From assembly GCA_023213395.1 (NCBI GenBank), contig CM041465.1:200267741-200331740 (forward strand): DNA of 64,000 nt. The letters run 5' to 3'. This document shows, one piece after another, positions 28,301 through 42,200 of this stretch (position 1 is the stretch's first letter; every line of letters starts with the position of its first letter). Source of the stretch: Cycas panzhihuaensis. Its lineage: Eukaryota; Plantae; Cycadophyta. The notes below the pieces were generated by a model. The model made no database searches. It saw only the letters and a program-made list of their open reading frames with translations, and was not told where the DNA came from. The translations under genes were made by a program, and so were the position numbers.

Positions 28301-31300
28301 AAGGCCTTAGAGGTTATTGTTGGCTCTTTTATTCACATGGGGGAGGGACTGCATTATGACATTTTGATTGTTTAAGAGGTTTCTTGAGACTAGCTTAGAT
28401 CTCAATGCCCTCCAATGCTAAGAATTTAGCTATGGCAGAATCACTTGTTGTTGCCCCCATTCTGAGGACTTCCACATGTACCTCATGGTGAAAGGCATTG
28501 ACAAATATATCTCTCTTTGGTTCCTCAAGTAAAGTGACCTTGGAGGAATGAAGGAGATCATGAAATCATCTTACAAAATCATGATTAATTTTGTCATGAC
28601 CTTATTTCAATGATAGGAGGTCTTTGACCCCACTTTTGAAGGGTCTGACTATATTAAAGTAGTTGACAAACTCATCAACTAACTACTAGAAGGTGGAAAT
28701 AGAGTGGGTGAGGAGACAGTAGAACCATTTCAATGCATCTCCTTATAGGGATATTAGAAATAGTTTCATTAGGATGTGGTTATAGGCCCAGTAATTAATA
28801 CATCCTATGACGAAGCCCCTAACATACTCAGTTCGGTCCTTCAAGGAAGTTCCATCAAACTTGGGTACTTTGGGAGGATGAGGTGACTGGTTGGTCATGA
28901 GAGCCTTGATGGACAAAGGAGCTTATTAATAATCAATGAAAGGATAGAACCTTGGTTGAGTTAATGAATAAACCTGGGAAGTAGAAGGAGATGGGTACTG
29001 GTACCCACTCTCATTATGAGGGGGGTAAGGAGGATGACTATAAGAAGTATATGGGTTCCCACCTATTTAGTAAGAAGGGGCTACCTCTGCATGGGGATAT
29101 ACCATATAAGAAGATAGGTGAGAGAGCCTTACTCCACTATGAGGGTGCATCACATGCATAATAGAAGTATATTTATATACACCCTAAGGAGCTATTGTAT
29201 AAGGATGTGAAATAGGAGGTGGAATGGATTCTCCCTTATGCAATGGGTGGTGCTAGACAAGGAGTAGGGTTCTTCCCATAGGGTCCTCCTATATGAGGTG
29301 CAACCCCATAGGGACAGAGCAGGTCTACACAATACGTTAGAAAGGGGTTTAACCCCCCATGCCCCCAAGGCTATGACATATAACTCGGGGGCACGTAGAG
29401 TGAGGAGTCCACAGGCTATGGATAAGGACACATGTAGATAGATCCCCCATGACCCAAGGCATAGGAATGTGAAGGTGCCCAAGGTGGAATCAAAGGAGAA
29501 TAAGCCACAATTAATTATGGCATAGTTATTTGGGTAGGAGGAGGTATGCTTAATCCTATTTGAGAAATTGGCATACCTTGGGGTGTCCCTTGAGTCAAGG
29601 GAGCACTCGCAGGTGGGGGGACTATAGGAATAGGTCCTAATATCAAAGAGGACATGGATTCAGATGATGTAGGGGGAATGGATGTGGAAGAGGGTAGGGA
29701 AGTACTTTGAAGGAAGCACTCTAACCACTTAGGAGGTGGTTGGGTACTTACGGCTTCAAAGCATTACCTCAACACTTCCACCACGTCTCTAGGAGGAGTC
29801 ATAGCTTGCTTATATAAGGTAGAGGGTTCCTCATATTGAGAAAATCTTGAAGGAAGATCTTCATGGGCCCTCTCACTAGAATGAGAGTGGTCCACAGGGA
29901 AAGGTCCCCCTACATCATGTGTAGGATAGGGGGGAAATACAGATGGACTTATGTTGGCTTACCCAAATAATAGATGGGGTCCTCACCCTCTTCAGTGGGA
30001 TCTTGGTGAGGATATGATGTTTGAGGATGGTGCAAGTTAGAAACATATGAGTGATATGCCCAATCTAATAGATAACTCTTTATTAGTGGTCATCACTTGG
30101 ATGTAGCAATGGAGGAATAAAATGGTTCTTCTTTTGTAGGAGGGAGGCCACATAGGTGACGAGAGAAGCATCATATTCATGTCTTGCCCTAGGAACTATG
30201 AAAGTATGAAGGTTAGCTTTAGAGGAAAGTGTTGAGATTACCCAACATTCTATGAAGAACCTATGAGATAGATAGGGACATTAGGAAATCAAATGGATGC
30301 TAAGAGTTCCTCATTAGCAACTCCCCACTATGGTCACAAGTGGAAGCGTACCCCCAAGGGTGTTACTAAGAACTACTATACATTGGCTATGGGTAGGCTT
30401 AAAGCGCGGGAGCTTAAGTAATATATTGTGACTTTGGTTTACCCTCAGAGGGTGTCCATCTGCCTCGTGAGCATAGGTTTGGGGACCTATAGGACACATG
30501 TTCCCTTTCTACATATAGGGTCTAAGTAGGTTGGTTGATGGTATGTTTAGGTTATAAAGGGTTTAGCCTTCTCAAATTACCAAGTAGCCCATATAGGTTT
30601 CTCCTATCCTTGTTTTAAAGAAGGGAATAAATCTCCCTTTCAGAAAGGGAAGCAATCATGAATAAGAGACAAAAGTAGAAGGGAAGATTTAGTACATTCT
30701 TAGTTGCCTAAAGGGTTAACTTTAGGGTTATTTGAGAATACAAAGTTTTATTAAGGTTCTCTTTAGTTATATGAGAAGATGATATTATTCATTTGGGTGT
30801 TATCTTATTTCAGAATGTAATGTTTTATGTGTTATAAGCCAAAGCAATCAATAAATACATCTAGTAACATATGACATATGAAATTCCTCTCTCTCAATTC
30901 ACTCTCTTTTCCTTTAGAAAACAAGAAATTTTGGACTATACGCTTAAGGTGAAGGAGTCAATAATGCAATTGGGAGGAATGCAAAGAAGAGAGAAAGATG
31001 AATGTTCCTACGCACATGCAATGTTTCCTTTCTTTGATATATGTTTCTTTATTCATACGAAGAGAGATGTTCTCTCTAAACTAAAAGAAAGGGAAGCTTT
31101 ATTTTATATACATATACATATGCAAATGATAGAGCAACTCTTTCTTAATATGCCTTTTTCTTTATGGTGAGAAAGGGGAAAAAAGGAGGGAAGGATCTAT
31201 TCTTCTTCTTTAGGATATCTTTTCCTTCATACATATGTAAAAGAGATATGTTTCCTAAAAAGGAGAAATAAATTCTTAACTTTTATTTTGTATGTGTGTG

Positions 31301-33363
31301 CAAATGTAAACAATCAAGACAAATAAAGGGTTTGCTTTGTTTAGGGAACTTAGGGAGTAAGTATTATCAACAAAAGGAAAGATTATGAGGAAGAGAGGGT
31401 TTAGAGGGAGCATACCCAATTTGTGACATTTAGTGATGACTTTGACCTTGCTCTTCCTTGATCCTCCTTCGTTAATGTTGCAAGCTCCTTTATTAGGGGA
31501 TTTGTAAGAGGCAATGGGGCTTACTTACCTTCCCCAAGTCTAAACAAAATGTTACATAAATAAGGCAAATAGAACAAAGGAAAGAATAAAACACATACAT
31601 AAAAATGTAATGCTAAATCATAAATTGACACTTACCTTGGGATGAGGCTTTGGGCTCTTTTACCAACTATAGGGAGATATGATTCTACTTGCATACATAA
31701 AATAAATCTCTTTATAAAGGAAATGTTGCAACATGTGCATATTTATAGTGTATATATGTATATTTCACAAAAGTCCTCTTACCACTAACCAATTAAGGAA
31801 ATAAATCAAATGTAATATTTCCTTCCCAAAGAAATCTAAGCATGCAAAAGATGCAAAATATGAAGAGGAGGGAGTGAAGGGTAGTGCCTTGGTATGGCAT
31901 AGCCTCCCTAATAGGGTGGTCTCCCTAATGCAAGCAAGGGGAGTCCTCTCAATATTACAACTCAAATGACAAGTTTTGGTAAGAGGTGTGATATGAATGT
32001 GAGGTAGATCTCCAAGAGAAATTAGCAGTAGGTGCTTGCAAAGTAGTGTGGCTACATGGCCTAGTATTAAGGTGGAATGTGCAGGTACAATAAGACTTGG
32101 AACTATTTATTTTGGGAGGGGATTACCTGGTGAGTAAGGGGTGCAAAAGGTGGCACTTACACTTGTTTCCCTTCTCCAAGCTCCTAAAAGTAAGAGGTGT
32201 AAATCTTGTCTCCTCCCTCAACACTTTGAGTATGGTTATGAAATGTTTGCAACTTATACAAAGTTATTTTATCAAAAGTTTGAAGAGTTGATGGTAGGAA
32301 AGCTATAAAATCTAACTTCCAAGCTAGGGATGAAATAAAGAGAGTGAAAATAACTAAAATCAAAGTTAAATACAAGGAATTCTCATGGAGAAACAAAGGT
32401 GAGCATGTTTCCCACTTCATATAAGAGAAGCTTGAACCTTGTGGCTAAAATAGGAGAGGAAGAATCCCTTGCAACTATTAAGAGAATGATTTTTGAGAAG
32501 ATCTTTGAGTCTTAAAGAGGAAGAGAGAGTGTTTGGCCCTTGTAGAAGATGATTTTGGATGGTTTAGTGCTAGAATCAAGCCTCTACTATGCATTCTTTC
32601 TTAAAATTGAGTTGTTCTCTATTTTGTTAAGAAAATTAGCTTTAATGATAAAGAGAATGATGCCTAATTCAAAATGAAAATGGAGTTTTCTTATTTAAGA
32701 GGGTGCCCCTATATGCCTTGATCTGGGCTTCCCCCAAGGTGTTAGGCATGTCAGGGAGTGTATTTAATGCAAATTTTGAATGTTGCTGGCCATAACTGAT
32801 TAAGTAATAGTCCCATTATGAATTTCTTCATGGCATTGTAAATATCTCCACAGGGTACAATAATCAAAGTGGTGTAGAACAACAATCATCGCAGGGTAGA
32901 CAACAAACTCTATGGTGTAGAGACAAGGTGCAAAAATTAATTAATAATCAACAAAAAACTACTCAAAAGGAGACTAAATCTTATTTTTGACCTCTATAGA
33001 CTGACCTTGACATACTTAAGTGGCTGACCACATATAAAAAGGTGAGAAAATGAAGTTCATAAGCAATAATAAATCAAAAGTAGGTGAAAACAAAGTTGCA
33101 GTAACACTAAGAAGTTGCCTTGTCAATTGGAAGACCACATCGAGGGCTCTAAATTCCATTGGACTGAAGTCCTAGTCATCATAAGCATATGGGCAATCAC
33201 TAGTAAGCCAAACAAGCCACACGGACATGCATCCAATAGTCACATAATCATCACATAGGATAATAAGAACTAAAGGCATAGTGAGAAAAGGGACAAGGTG
33301 AGAGACATACCTATACTTACCTACATTGCAAACTCTAAACCCATTCTGGCCAGCTGAGAAACA
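25381..33363 (-). mobile_element. Tat/Ogre-like Gypsy element D (LTR-gag-protease plus 3' region; RT/RH/INT absent), inserted in the 5' LTR of E
   Basis: Colinear with element F. LTR 30341-33363 (minus start TGTTTCTCAGC); PBS remnant 30322-30339; gag ~27400-30180; protease ~27000-27350; 25420-26400 matches 48040-49120. Confidence 0.85.
30341..33363 (-). repeat. 5' LTR of element D (~3.0 kb)
   Basis: Lies between the PBS and a terminus where homology to F's LTR stops at the same base in both copies. Confidence 0.75.
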
Positions 33364-34867
33364 TAGGGAAGCTAAAAGATTTACATACAAAATAAAAATA
33401 AAAGGTTAATGGGGATCTACAACCATAGATCGAGACTTTCCAATGAAGCTACATCAACTAAAGTGGCATGCATACACAATGATGATAAAGAAACTTTATT
33501 TTTAAGAAATCAAAAAAATAAGTTACATGTATATATAAGTATGTATATATATATATATATATATAAAATTTATTTTTTTAAGTGAAAGTTCTACAAAACA
33601 AAGAAACTAACTAACTACCTTACTTGAGATATTGATGAAAATGGTGTAGTGTGCCTCAACATGGTATCTAAATTATGCCTTTACCTCATCATTTAACCCT
33701 TAAAATCATAATAATTAAAGAAAGATAACAAAATATTTAAGAAAATAAGAGAAACCCACAAGCTAATATAATAGAACCTAGAAGAAAATGACTCCAATGG
33801 AAGGGTGAGTAAAGGGACCCAAGAACTAAGAAGAGAATAGGGTAAATATAGCCCTATATACTCCCTAATATGTTTGACTTAAGCTCATAAGGATTGGTCC
33901 TCAGTCAAATCTCCAATACTTAAGAGAAAAACTTATCCACAAGCTCACAGAGACAATGGATAAAAGAGAGCATAAAACACTAATAAATCACCAAAATAAA
34001 GATCTTTACATCAAGGAGTAACATTACTAGGCTCAGAGAGGAAGAATGGCTGAGGAGAAAATGCTCCAAAAGTATCTAGTATTATATTAATTCGATGTAA
34101 TTCATACAAAATTCTAAAAAATAATAAGTTAGAAATCCACCATTCTCTTTAGATTTACCTTTTCTCTCATAGACAATTGCATGAATGATGAATGTTTTGA
34201 GGTTCTTATGGAATTTGGAGGGAAGGGGTGGTGAGCTCTTATAAATTTAAGTGTTAATATTTGAGAATAGAAGGGAATCAACATTCCTTACCAAAAAAAT
34301 TTACAAGTGACATAGTTAAAAATATGACTTCCTTCATAAAATGTAGTGGTTATGTCTTATAAAGGGCCAAAAATGTAATTTTATTTATAAAATATGATTG
34401 GTCACATTTTATAAATAAAGTTACTTTTTTAGTTATATTAAAAATGTGATAAATAGGAAAAGGTTAAAAAAAAAGAATGGAAAATAAACATATCTCAAAT
34501 AAATTAGTCTACAAAAGATATTTGAGTAAAACATCGACTAATATAGCCCAAAAACAAAACTCAAGGCATAAAACTAGGATGAAGAATATGACAAATGCAT
34601 AAAATATTTATAAAACCAAGAGTAATAAAACAAATAAGAAGTAAAATGTAAGATGGGATGACTTAGAATGGGCAAGAAGTAGGACATAACACCATAATAT
34701 CTGTCATCAACACATGTAAATCATCGCCATATATAGTATATCATTCAACTATTATATCATAATGAAAATCCACATAATATCAACATCAAAGCAAATGTAA
34801 TTTTAATAAAAACCATCATATAATAAATCAAGTACCAAGCAATGAATCTACACAACAAGCAAAGATT

Positions 34868-34910
<43 letters not shown>

Positions 34911-34999
34911 GAGAGAGAGAGAGATCTACACCAAAGTCTATAAATGATGATTCATATCACGTATCCAAATCCAATGAGAGGCCTAATTTTGGTGAAATA
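33364..34999 (-). repeat. Remaining part of the 5' LTR of element E
   Basis: Diverged direct repeat of 14640-16174, ending at the GAAAT TSD. Confidence 0.88.
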
Positions 35000-35004
35000 G
35001 AAAT

Positions 35005-35700
35005 ATCTTGCACCTTTAGGCAAAGTGATTGGCATAAGAGCATAGATAACTAAGTGGATTAAGCTTAGATTTTGAGTTTCCCTATAAGCCTTACCTTTTA
35101 GAATTTTTTTTCTATGTTGCTTCCCAAAGATACATGGTTTATAAATGTCTATTTCTACCTTAAACTTTGAGAAACCATATATTGTATTCAACTTTACATC
35201 AAATGTAGGCCAAGGAAATGTAAATGGCTTATTCTCTTATGCTACAACTAAATTTTGCTTGACACATATGTAACCAATACTCTTTGACTTATAGATCTAC
35301 CTAAGAGCCTATAAAGACCATCTTTTCTCACACCTTCTTTAATAATTTTCTCTTCACAATTATTAACAATGGCCTTCCCATCTTTGAAGAGAACACTCAC
35401 GTTATTATCCTTAACCTAACAGATTAAAATCAAATTCTTCTTTAGTCTTAGTATATATATCACATCATCAATGTGGTAATTCTCTCCATTCAGTGTTATG
35501 AATGGAACCTTCTTATGCTCTTAACATCTAAGATTTTATCATCTTTGATATTTATAGAATGCTCAATCACTTCCCACATGTGCCTAAACTAATAAAATAT
35601 ACCAGTCATATGCATAGAAGTGCTTGAGATAATGTACTAGACATTGCTTAATTTTAACCCTATACTAAGTTATGTTGACTAACTATATTTTGTTGACCAC
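35005..35700 (-). pseudogene. Copia B continuation: protease and GAG-pre-integrase
   Basis: *YIISSTSMHMTG (~35605-35640) and CIFGKQHRKK...LIH...GARYF. This joins in frame to 13796. Confidence 0.88.
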
Positions 35701-36149
35701 CCCTATGTTGCTATTGATTAGCTTATAACAACCCATAATTCCTCCTAAAATGGCATGATTTATTATAGTAATAGTATGTCTTCTAAGGTAATTTACTTAC
35801 ATAGGAGTAAAATAGATTTCCACCCATGATTAATGTGAAAAATAACAAAAAATGACATAAAAATTATATAATAAAGTAAGCATTGAATATCTCTAATATT
35901 GCACACATAATATTGTAGTAATTTTAAAAATATTTAGCTCCTTAGTCACTTCACAAAGTGTTGAGATAATATAAAATGCTTTGGTCACCATGCAGGGAGC
36001 TAGAAGAACATCATATAACCACCCTAAATAAGAAGAGCATGAAATCTTATTATAATAAAGTGCTCTCAATTTAATCCATAGATTTATAGTTTGGCTTAAA
36101 CTACCCTTAACACCTTATTTAGAATATGATGAGAGATTAACTTGATTAG

Positions 36150-37100
36150 GGAACAAAAACCAAAATTTAAAACTTAATTAAAAGGAATTTATTGTAATGT
36201 AACTTTACAAAATATAAAAATAATTTTATGCTGAGTTGGAAACCATTAGATATTCTATTAAATCTCATGTGTTTTACATTTTGGTTTTAGCTAAATTTTG
36301 TGATCAACTTAGTGATTTTATCTGCAAACTAACTTGTCTAGGTGATTTGTGTTCAAACTATGTCTCTATTTCACTTTTGCATATTTATTTCTATATTTAA
36401 TTCTTGACATCATCTTCTCTTTTATGTCTCAACTACACTTCAATTATCCACTGGTCTATTGCAGTGGCAAGCTCATTTTAATGACATGTGGTATCTCTAG
36501 TTATTTGTGATGTCTCTTTGTCTTCATTTATTTGGCATCAACATCATGGGTATTCGTTCATTCATCTTTACTGGATGAAATATACATTCCTAGATTTTTG
36601 TAATTCTTTAAATGGTATCTTAACATATTGGAAGACTTATCTCCATACAACTCTACCTAGAAGCTATCCAATCTACTTTTTTTACTCAAGCCTTATGCAC
36701 CATCAACATTGCCTAATAATCCTTTGCTTACACACCCAAGAAGGCTTTAATTCACTACTAATGTTGAACGTCATCCCCAAAGTCGTTTGAGTTTTTTGGT
36801 CTTATTATTAAGTGACCCCTATGACTTGTTGCTTATAAATGGATTCTAAGCTAATATGCATCTTAATATACTCACTCTAATTGAAACTAGGCAGTGACTT
36901 TATTGCCATACAAGGAAACATATGCTTGACAAACATAGCAGGGGTCATAACATTTCTACCATACAATTTTTTAAAATACTATTAGCAATCTAATAGCTAA
37001 CCTTGATTTCTCATATGATCATATAAAAGTAGGCTCCCTAGTATTTCTTTAGATATGTTAACCTATAAAATGAAATAGATACTTAATTGTGTAAAAATAA
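36150..37100 (+). mobile_element. Highly decayed Copia-like remnant
   Basis: SSFIWHQHHG resembles GAG-pre-integrase WHxRLGH. The remainder is weak. Confidence 0.35.
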
Positions 37101-39299
37101 TTTATATATTCATTTATGATTGAATGGTTATTAATTCCACTCTAGTGTATAAATAATAATTCTCTTCAATGGTACTTTATATCCCAAAACTAGAGTATCT
37201 CATCCTTAGATACTCATTGTATAAAGGAATGTTCACAATTGTTTTAAAAACTACAAAGAAATAAATATCATGTGGAAAATATGGTTAATAAATATTCTTG
37301 CTATCAGCTAATTAGAAATGCTATTTGTCCATATTAATTATGTAAAACCCTATATTTGAGTTAATAATACACTCTATTTATGGCCCTTTATCAAGATTTA
37401 GATGTGTTTGATGTTACATAAGTTCCTAGTTATAACCAAGCATACTCTCATTCTAGCATTCCAAAAAACTCCATTTAATAAATAATTGATCACAACATAC
37501 TTGGTTTTTAATCATGAATAAAATCATCTACACTATCATGTAGCCCCGCCTCGTAAGCATTAGTAAGCAGGAACCACCAAAGAGCTAAATATTAATATTA
37601 ACTATTAAGCTTTATGTACGAGCCACTAAGGCCTCTAATAAGATGTAAGACCATTAAAGCCACTAATAGGATTATAAGAAAGAGACTCCTCTTATGTCTA
37701 TTTAAGGATCAAAAATCACTTGTAAAGATTTTGACTATTATTCCCTTTTAAAGAGAAAAGCACTTTGATACTCCCTTTTCGTACTCATTGTGTTTTTATA
37801 TAGTCTATTCTAAGTGATCTATTTTAAATAAGTGATTAATTGTCCTTTCATCTTCAATTTGTATTAGATTTATAAGGTTGATTTCTAGAAGATATGCTCT
37901 TACTAATATCAGGGCCCAATTTAATGACCTTGTGAAAATGTTCTAGGAGTAGAAAAAAACAATTCCCCCCCCCCCTCCCAAGTGATATTCATAACTCTTC
38001 TCCTATAGAAATTTATTTAATTTTTAGTCATCTCTATTTTAATTCTAGGCTGTTGTTTTGTTTTTTGTCATACCTGCTCCCTCCCCCGCTCTTCTCGAGT
38101 AATTAACTCTACTTGGTAGCTACTTAATTTAGTAGAGATCTTGTGCTTGGGGTCTGTAAAAACCACATGGATCTATAATTTTGGGTTAATCATATTATGG
38201 ATTTTTCACTCTTGTATAAAGGACTTCAATTAAGTCTATTAAACTTATCCTCAAATAGGACTTGGCTATGGACTTATGCCTCTACATACCCTCAAGTATA
38301 TAAGAGGACCCCTAGGCTCCTTCTCTATCCTAGCATTAGTAACCCTTTAGTTGTTTATATGTTGTAGTGCATGGATTAATAATTAGTGCTCAAAAGTCAC
38401 TTCACACAAATACCTTTGCATGGTTGTGGACATTACAGAGATGGTCTTTCCTCCATAGATAGTGCTATGAGATATTGGATTGAGCTATAGTAACAATCGA
38501 GAAGTTTATTGCAAGGCCTACAAAATCAAATACTTCCTTTGTTAGTGTCTAGTAAGATTCCCCTATTTTATTATCCTCTCTTGAAGAAAACTTATGCCTA
38601 CAACATAGTCATTAACCATATAACTACTATCAACATAGACCTAGAAAGCAAAGGCTATAACTTTATCAATATTGATCATATTCATAAATGGCCTAAACAA
38701 TTGAAATTGCCATAAAACTAAAAGAGAAAAAAAAAAAAAAGTCCATGAAAAAAAAAAATCTATGAAAATTCATACATCTTATTTTGATTAGTGTATCATG
38801 CTGATCATTTTGCACTAGGTTAGTTTTTGTAGTAAGCTTTTTGGTATAGTGGTACTTGGGTTGTCAGTATATCTTGCCCTTAAAATTTCACCCTTAAAAC
38901 TCACTTATCCTATCTAGATAAGCTTTTCAAGCTCACTTAGGTGAACTAAGTATTTTTGTCATGTAACTTTTAGGGTCAATATGCTATAAACACCCTATAT
39001 ACCCCCCTCCCTTACTCTCTCTCCCTATTCATCTTTTATAATAACTCCCTATTTCTTAAAACTCATTCTCTTACTCTTTCCTATTTCATATATTTCCCTT
39101 ACTTTCTACTCATTTCCATGCCTTTAAGGCCATTCTATATTTCTAATGGCACATGTATAAGGAGGAAAGATTGATAAACTAAACTATGATGTTGAGAGGG
39201 TTTAGTAAGAGATAGTGGATGATTTTACAAAATTCCCTAAAAAATAGAGATTGTTGCCATGATCAGTCAATTATTACAATCTACTTCCCATAGCATAGG

Positions 39300-42200
39300 G
39301 ACATCAAACATGATAGGCAATGCTCATCCTCCTTTTTAAGGAGGAAATGTACCTCAAGGAGGTCACCTATCAAGGTAGGTACCTTTCTTCTATAAGATCA
39401 ACATCCCTACTTTTGATCTAAATTTAAATAGAGAATACTTATAGATGGATCGATAAGTTAGAATCCTACTTCACACTTAATCTAATGTCTAAAGAAGATT
39501 AGCTCTTATATGCCTCCATCCACATGGATGAAAGATCCCATCATTGGTGAAAATGAGAGTACCTCTTAAATCAAGTGTGATTACACTTTATAAGATATTT
39601 CTTTAAATAATACGAGGACACATGGAGCTAGTCCTTCTTCACTCAACTCATACAACTTAAGTAAATAATAATAATAGAAGGTTTTAGTGAGGGATTTTAA
39701 GCCTTATATAATCACTCTCTGTAAAGTCAAAGCTTAAACAAACAAATTGTGATCAACATTTATATGCCTAGACTCCATGATTATATCTAAATATGACTCA
39801 TGACAATGGCCATCAATGATGCCTTCAAATAGGCCAAGTTATAGAGGCAAAATTTATAGTTGATCGTACTCCAACCATTAAAAGGGATAACCCCTAGTTT
39901 TCATGACCTTAACGGATAGACTTTTAGCAACCATGATATTGATTTAATGATGTTATTCATCTATAGTCTAGCTTTCCACATCTTATACCATGACAAGATG
40001 ATCTAACTTACTCAATAATAGATTGATAGGTAGAAGACCCCTCCACCAAATGGGTTTAAATCTCCTAAGTAAAAGCACAATGTTGACTAGAAGCTAGCCT
40101 CTATATGTAGTGCATAGAAAAGTGGACTCCCAAGCATGGTCACATTTGTAAGGCATGATATATGGTCTTTTCTGTTGATCCCTCCCAATCCCCTAAAGAG
40201 TTCTTAGATTTAGATTCTAAACATAAGGCTAATAATGAAATCTAAGAAGACCCTATCCCAAATCTACATCCTAAGGTTTTATTATTAGTTCTCATCTTCA
40301 ACTCTTACCTCAAACCCCTAAGAGTCAAGGGCTTTCTCTGTAAGACTCCAATGTCAATTTTAATTAATAGTGGAACATCACTCAATTTTATTGATATCTT
40401 CTTTACCTGATAAATTAATCTCTATATAGTCCTAAAGACTGGCTTCACTTGTTCCATACCAGGGTACCAAAAGCTCTATTATACTGGTGTTATTAAAACC
40501 TTCTAGGTCTAGATTAGCACCTACCTCTTAGTCTTAGACTTCTATATATTATCTATAGGATTATTTAATGATATATTAGGAATCCAATGGTTATAAATCT
40601 TAAGGACTTATAATACAAATACATCATCCACAAACCCATTCATCTTATTTAAAGACCAAATGGGTAGGACATATAAAATCTATAGGATATAACCCTTCAA
40701 AACTAAGTGGTTTAAATAGGTTGTATGAAATGGCACCTTCAATCTAACCTTGGGTATATACTTCACCTCAATAACATGTAGGTCAAACCTCAAATTCATC
40801 TATGTATCCAAGACATCATCTCCAAATATGAACAGGTGTTTGCCCCCTACTCATCACTACCCCACATAATCATGGTCTTTATCAAACAATCAAACTCCAA
40901 TCTAATCATAACCTTATTAGTCTGAGAGCTTCTCATAATTCTTATTTTCAAAAAAATGAAATTAAGAAACTCACTACTGAACTCATAGATATGGGCATAA
41001 TCTAGCCAAGTAAAAACCCTTATGTGGCACTAATAGTCATAGTTAGGAAGAAAGATGGATCCTTTTGCCTCTATGTAGATTATAGGGAATTGGATAAAAT
41101 TACCATAAAAAGTAAGTTCTCCACTTTGCAGATAGATGACATGTTAGATGAAATACATGGAGCCTCCATGTCCTCTAAGCTAGATTTATAATCTAGTTAT
41201 TACCAGATCCTGATTACCCTAGAGGATTTCCATAAGATGGGATTTTATGTAACTTGTCATTACACCAAACGCCCGTGGGTGATTTGAGAAGAGGACTCCT
41301 CGGCAAGTGAACCAACCATAGTCCAACACTCCCCCGTGACAAGGAGGCCGCCATAGCACATCATAACCACTTCAAGTTCTTAGTAATGTCTTTTAGCCTT
41401 TGTAACATACCTACTACCTTTTAGGCTCTTATGAATAAGATTTTTGGCTTCTATTTTTAAAAATTTATCATTATCTTCTTTGATGATATCCTTATTTATA
41501 GTTCCCACTTGAACCACAACATTTATCACTTGGAACATATTCTTTAAATATTACACTAATATTAATTGTATACAAAACTTTTTAAGTGTGAGTTTGGGCA
41601 AATAGAATTGTAATACTTGGGGCATATTATATCTTTAGAAGAGGTATGAGTGGACCATAATAAAATATATATCAGTACTACCTAGTCAATGCCAACCACC
41701 CTTACCTAACTACAAGTATTCCTTGGCTTCATAGGAGTTTACTATCAGTTTGTTTAAAACCATACCTCCCTCATTATCCCCCTAACTGATTTACTCTATA
41801 AATATGCCTTTCAATGGTCTTCAAAGACTAACATTACCTTCTCCCATCTTAAAGTAGTAATAGACCTCTACTCTAGTCCTTGGCAATATTGATTTCACCT
41901 AACCTTTCCAAATTAAATATGACGCCTCTAAATTTAGCTTAGGTGCTATCCTTATACAAGATTCTCACCCCATTATATTTTAGAGTAAAAAATTAAAAGA
42001 TCATTAGCTCTGCCTTTCCATATATTAAAAGGAGATAAAGGCTATTCTTTATACTATTGATAAATGGTGATAATACCTCTTAATCTCTAAATTTACTATT
42101 CTCATATATTGCCAAAGCCTTCATAGTCTATTAGATCAGTTGGTTCTATCTAGGAATAGGTTAAGTGGGTTGACTATCTATAGGTCTTTGACTTTATAAT

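Noticed and set aside
33410-33421. GGGGATCTACA as an LTR terminus
   Set aside because: Homology to the left E LTR continues across it. The D terminus maps to 33363 instead.
41248-41356. Cassandra TRIM or 5S rRNA fragment
   Set aside because: No 5S A/C-box sequence is recognisable.
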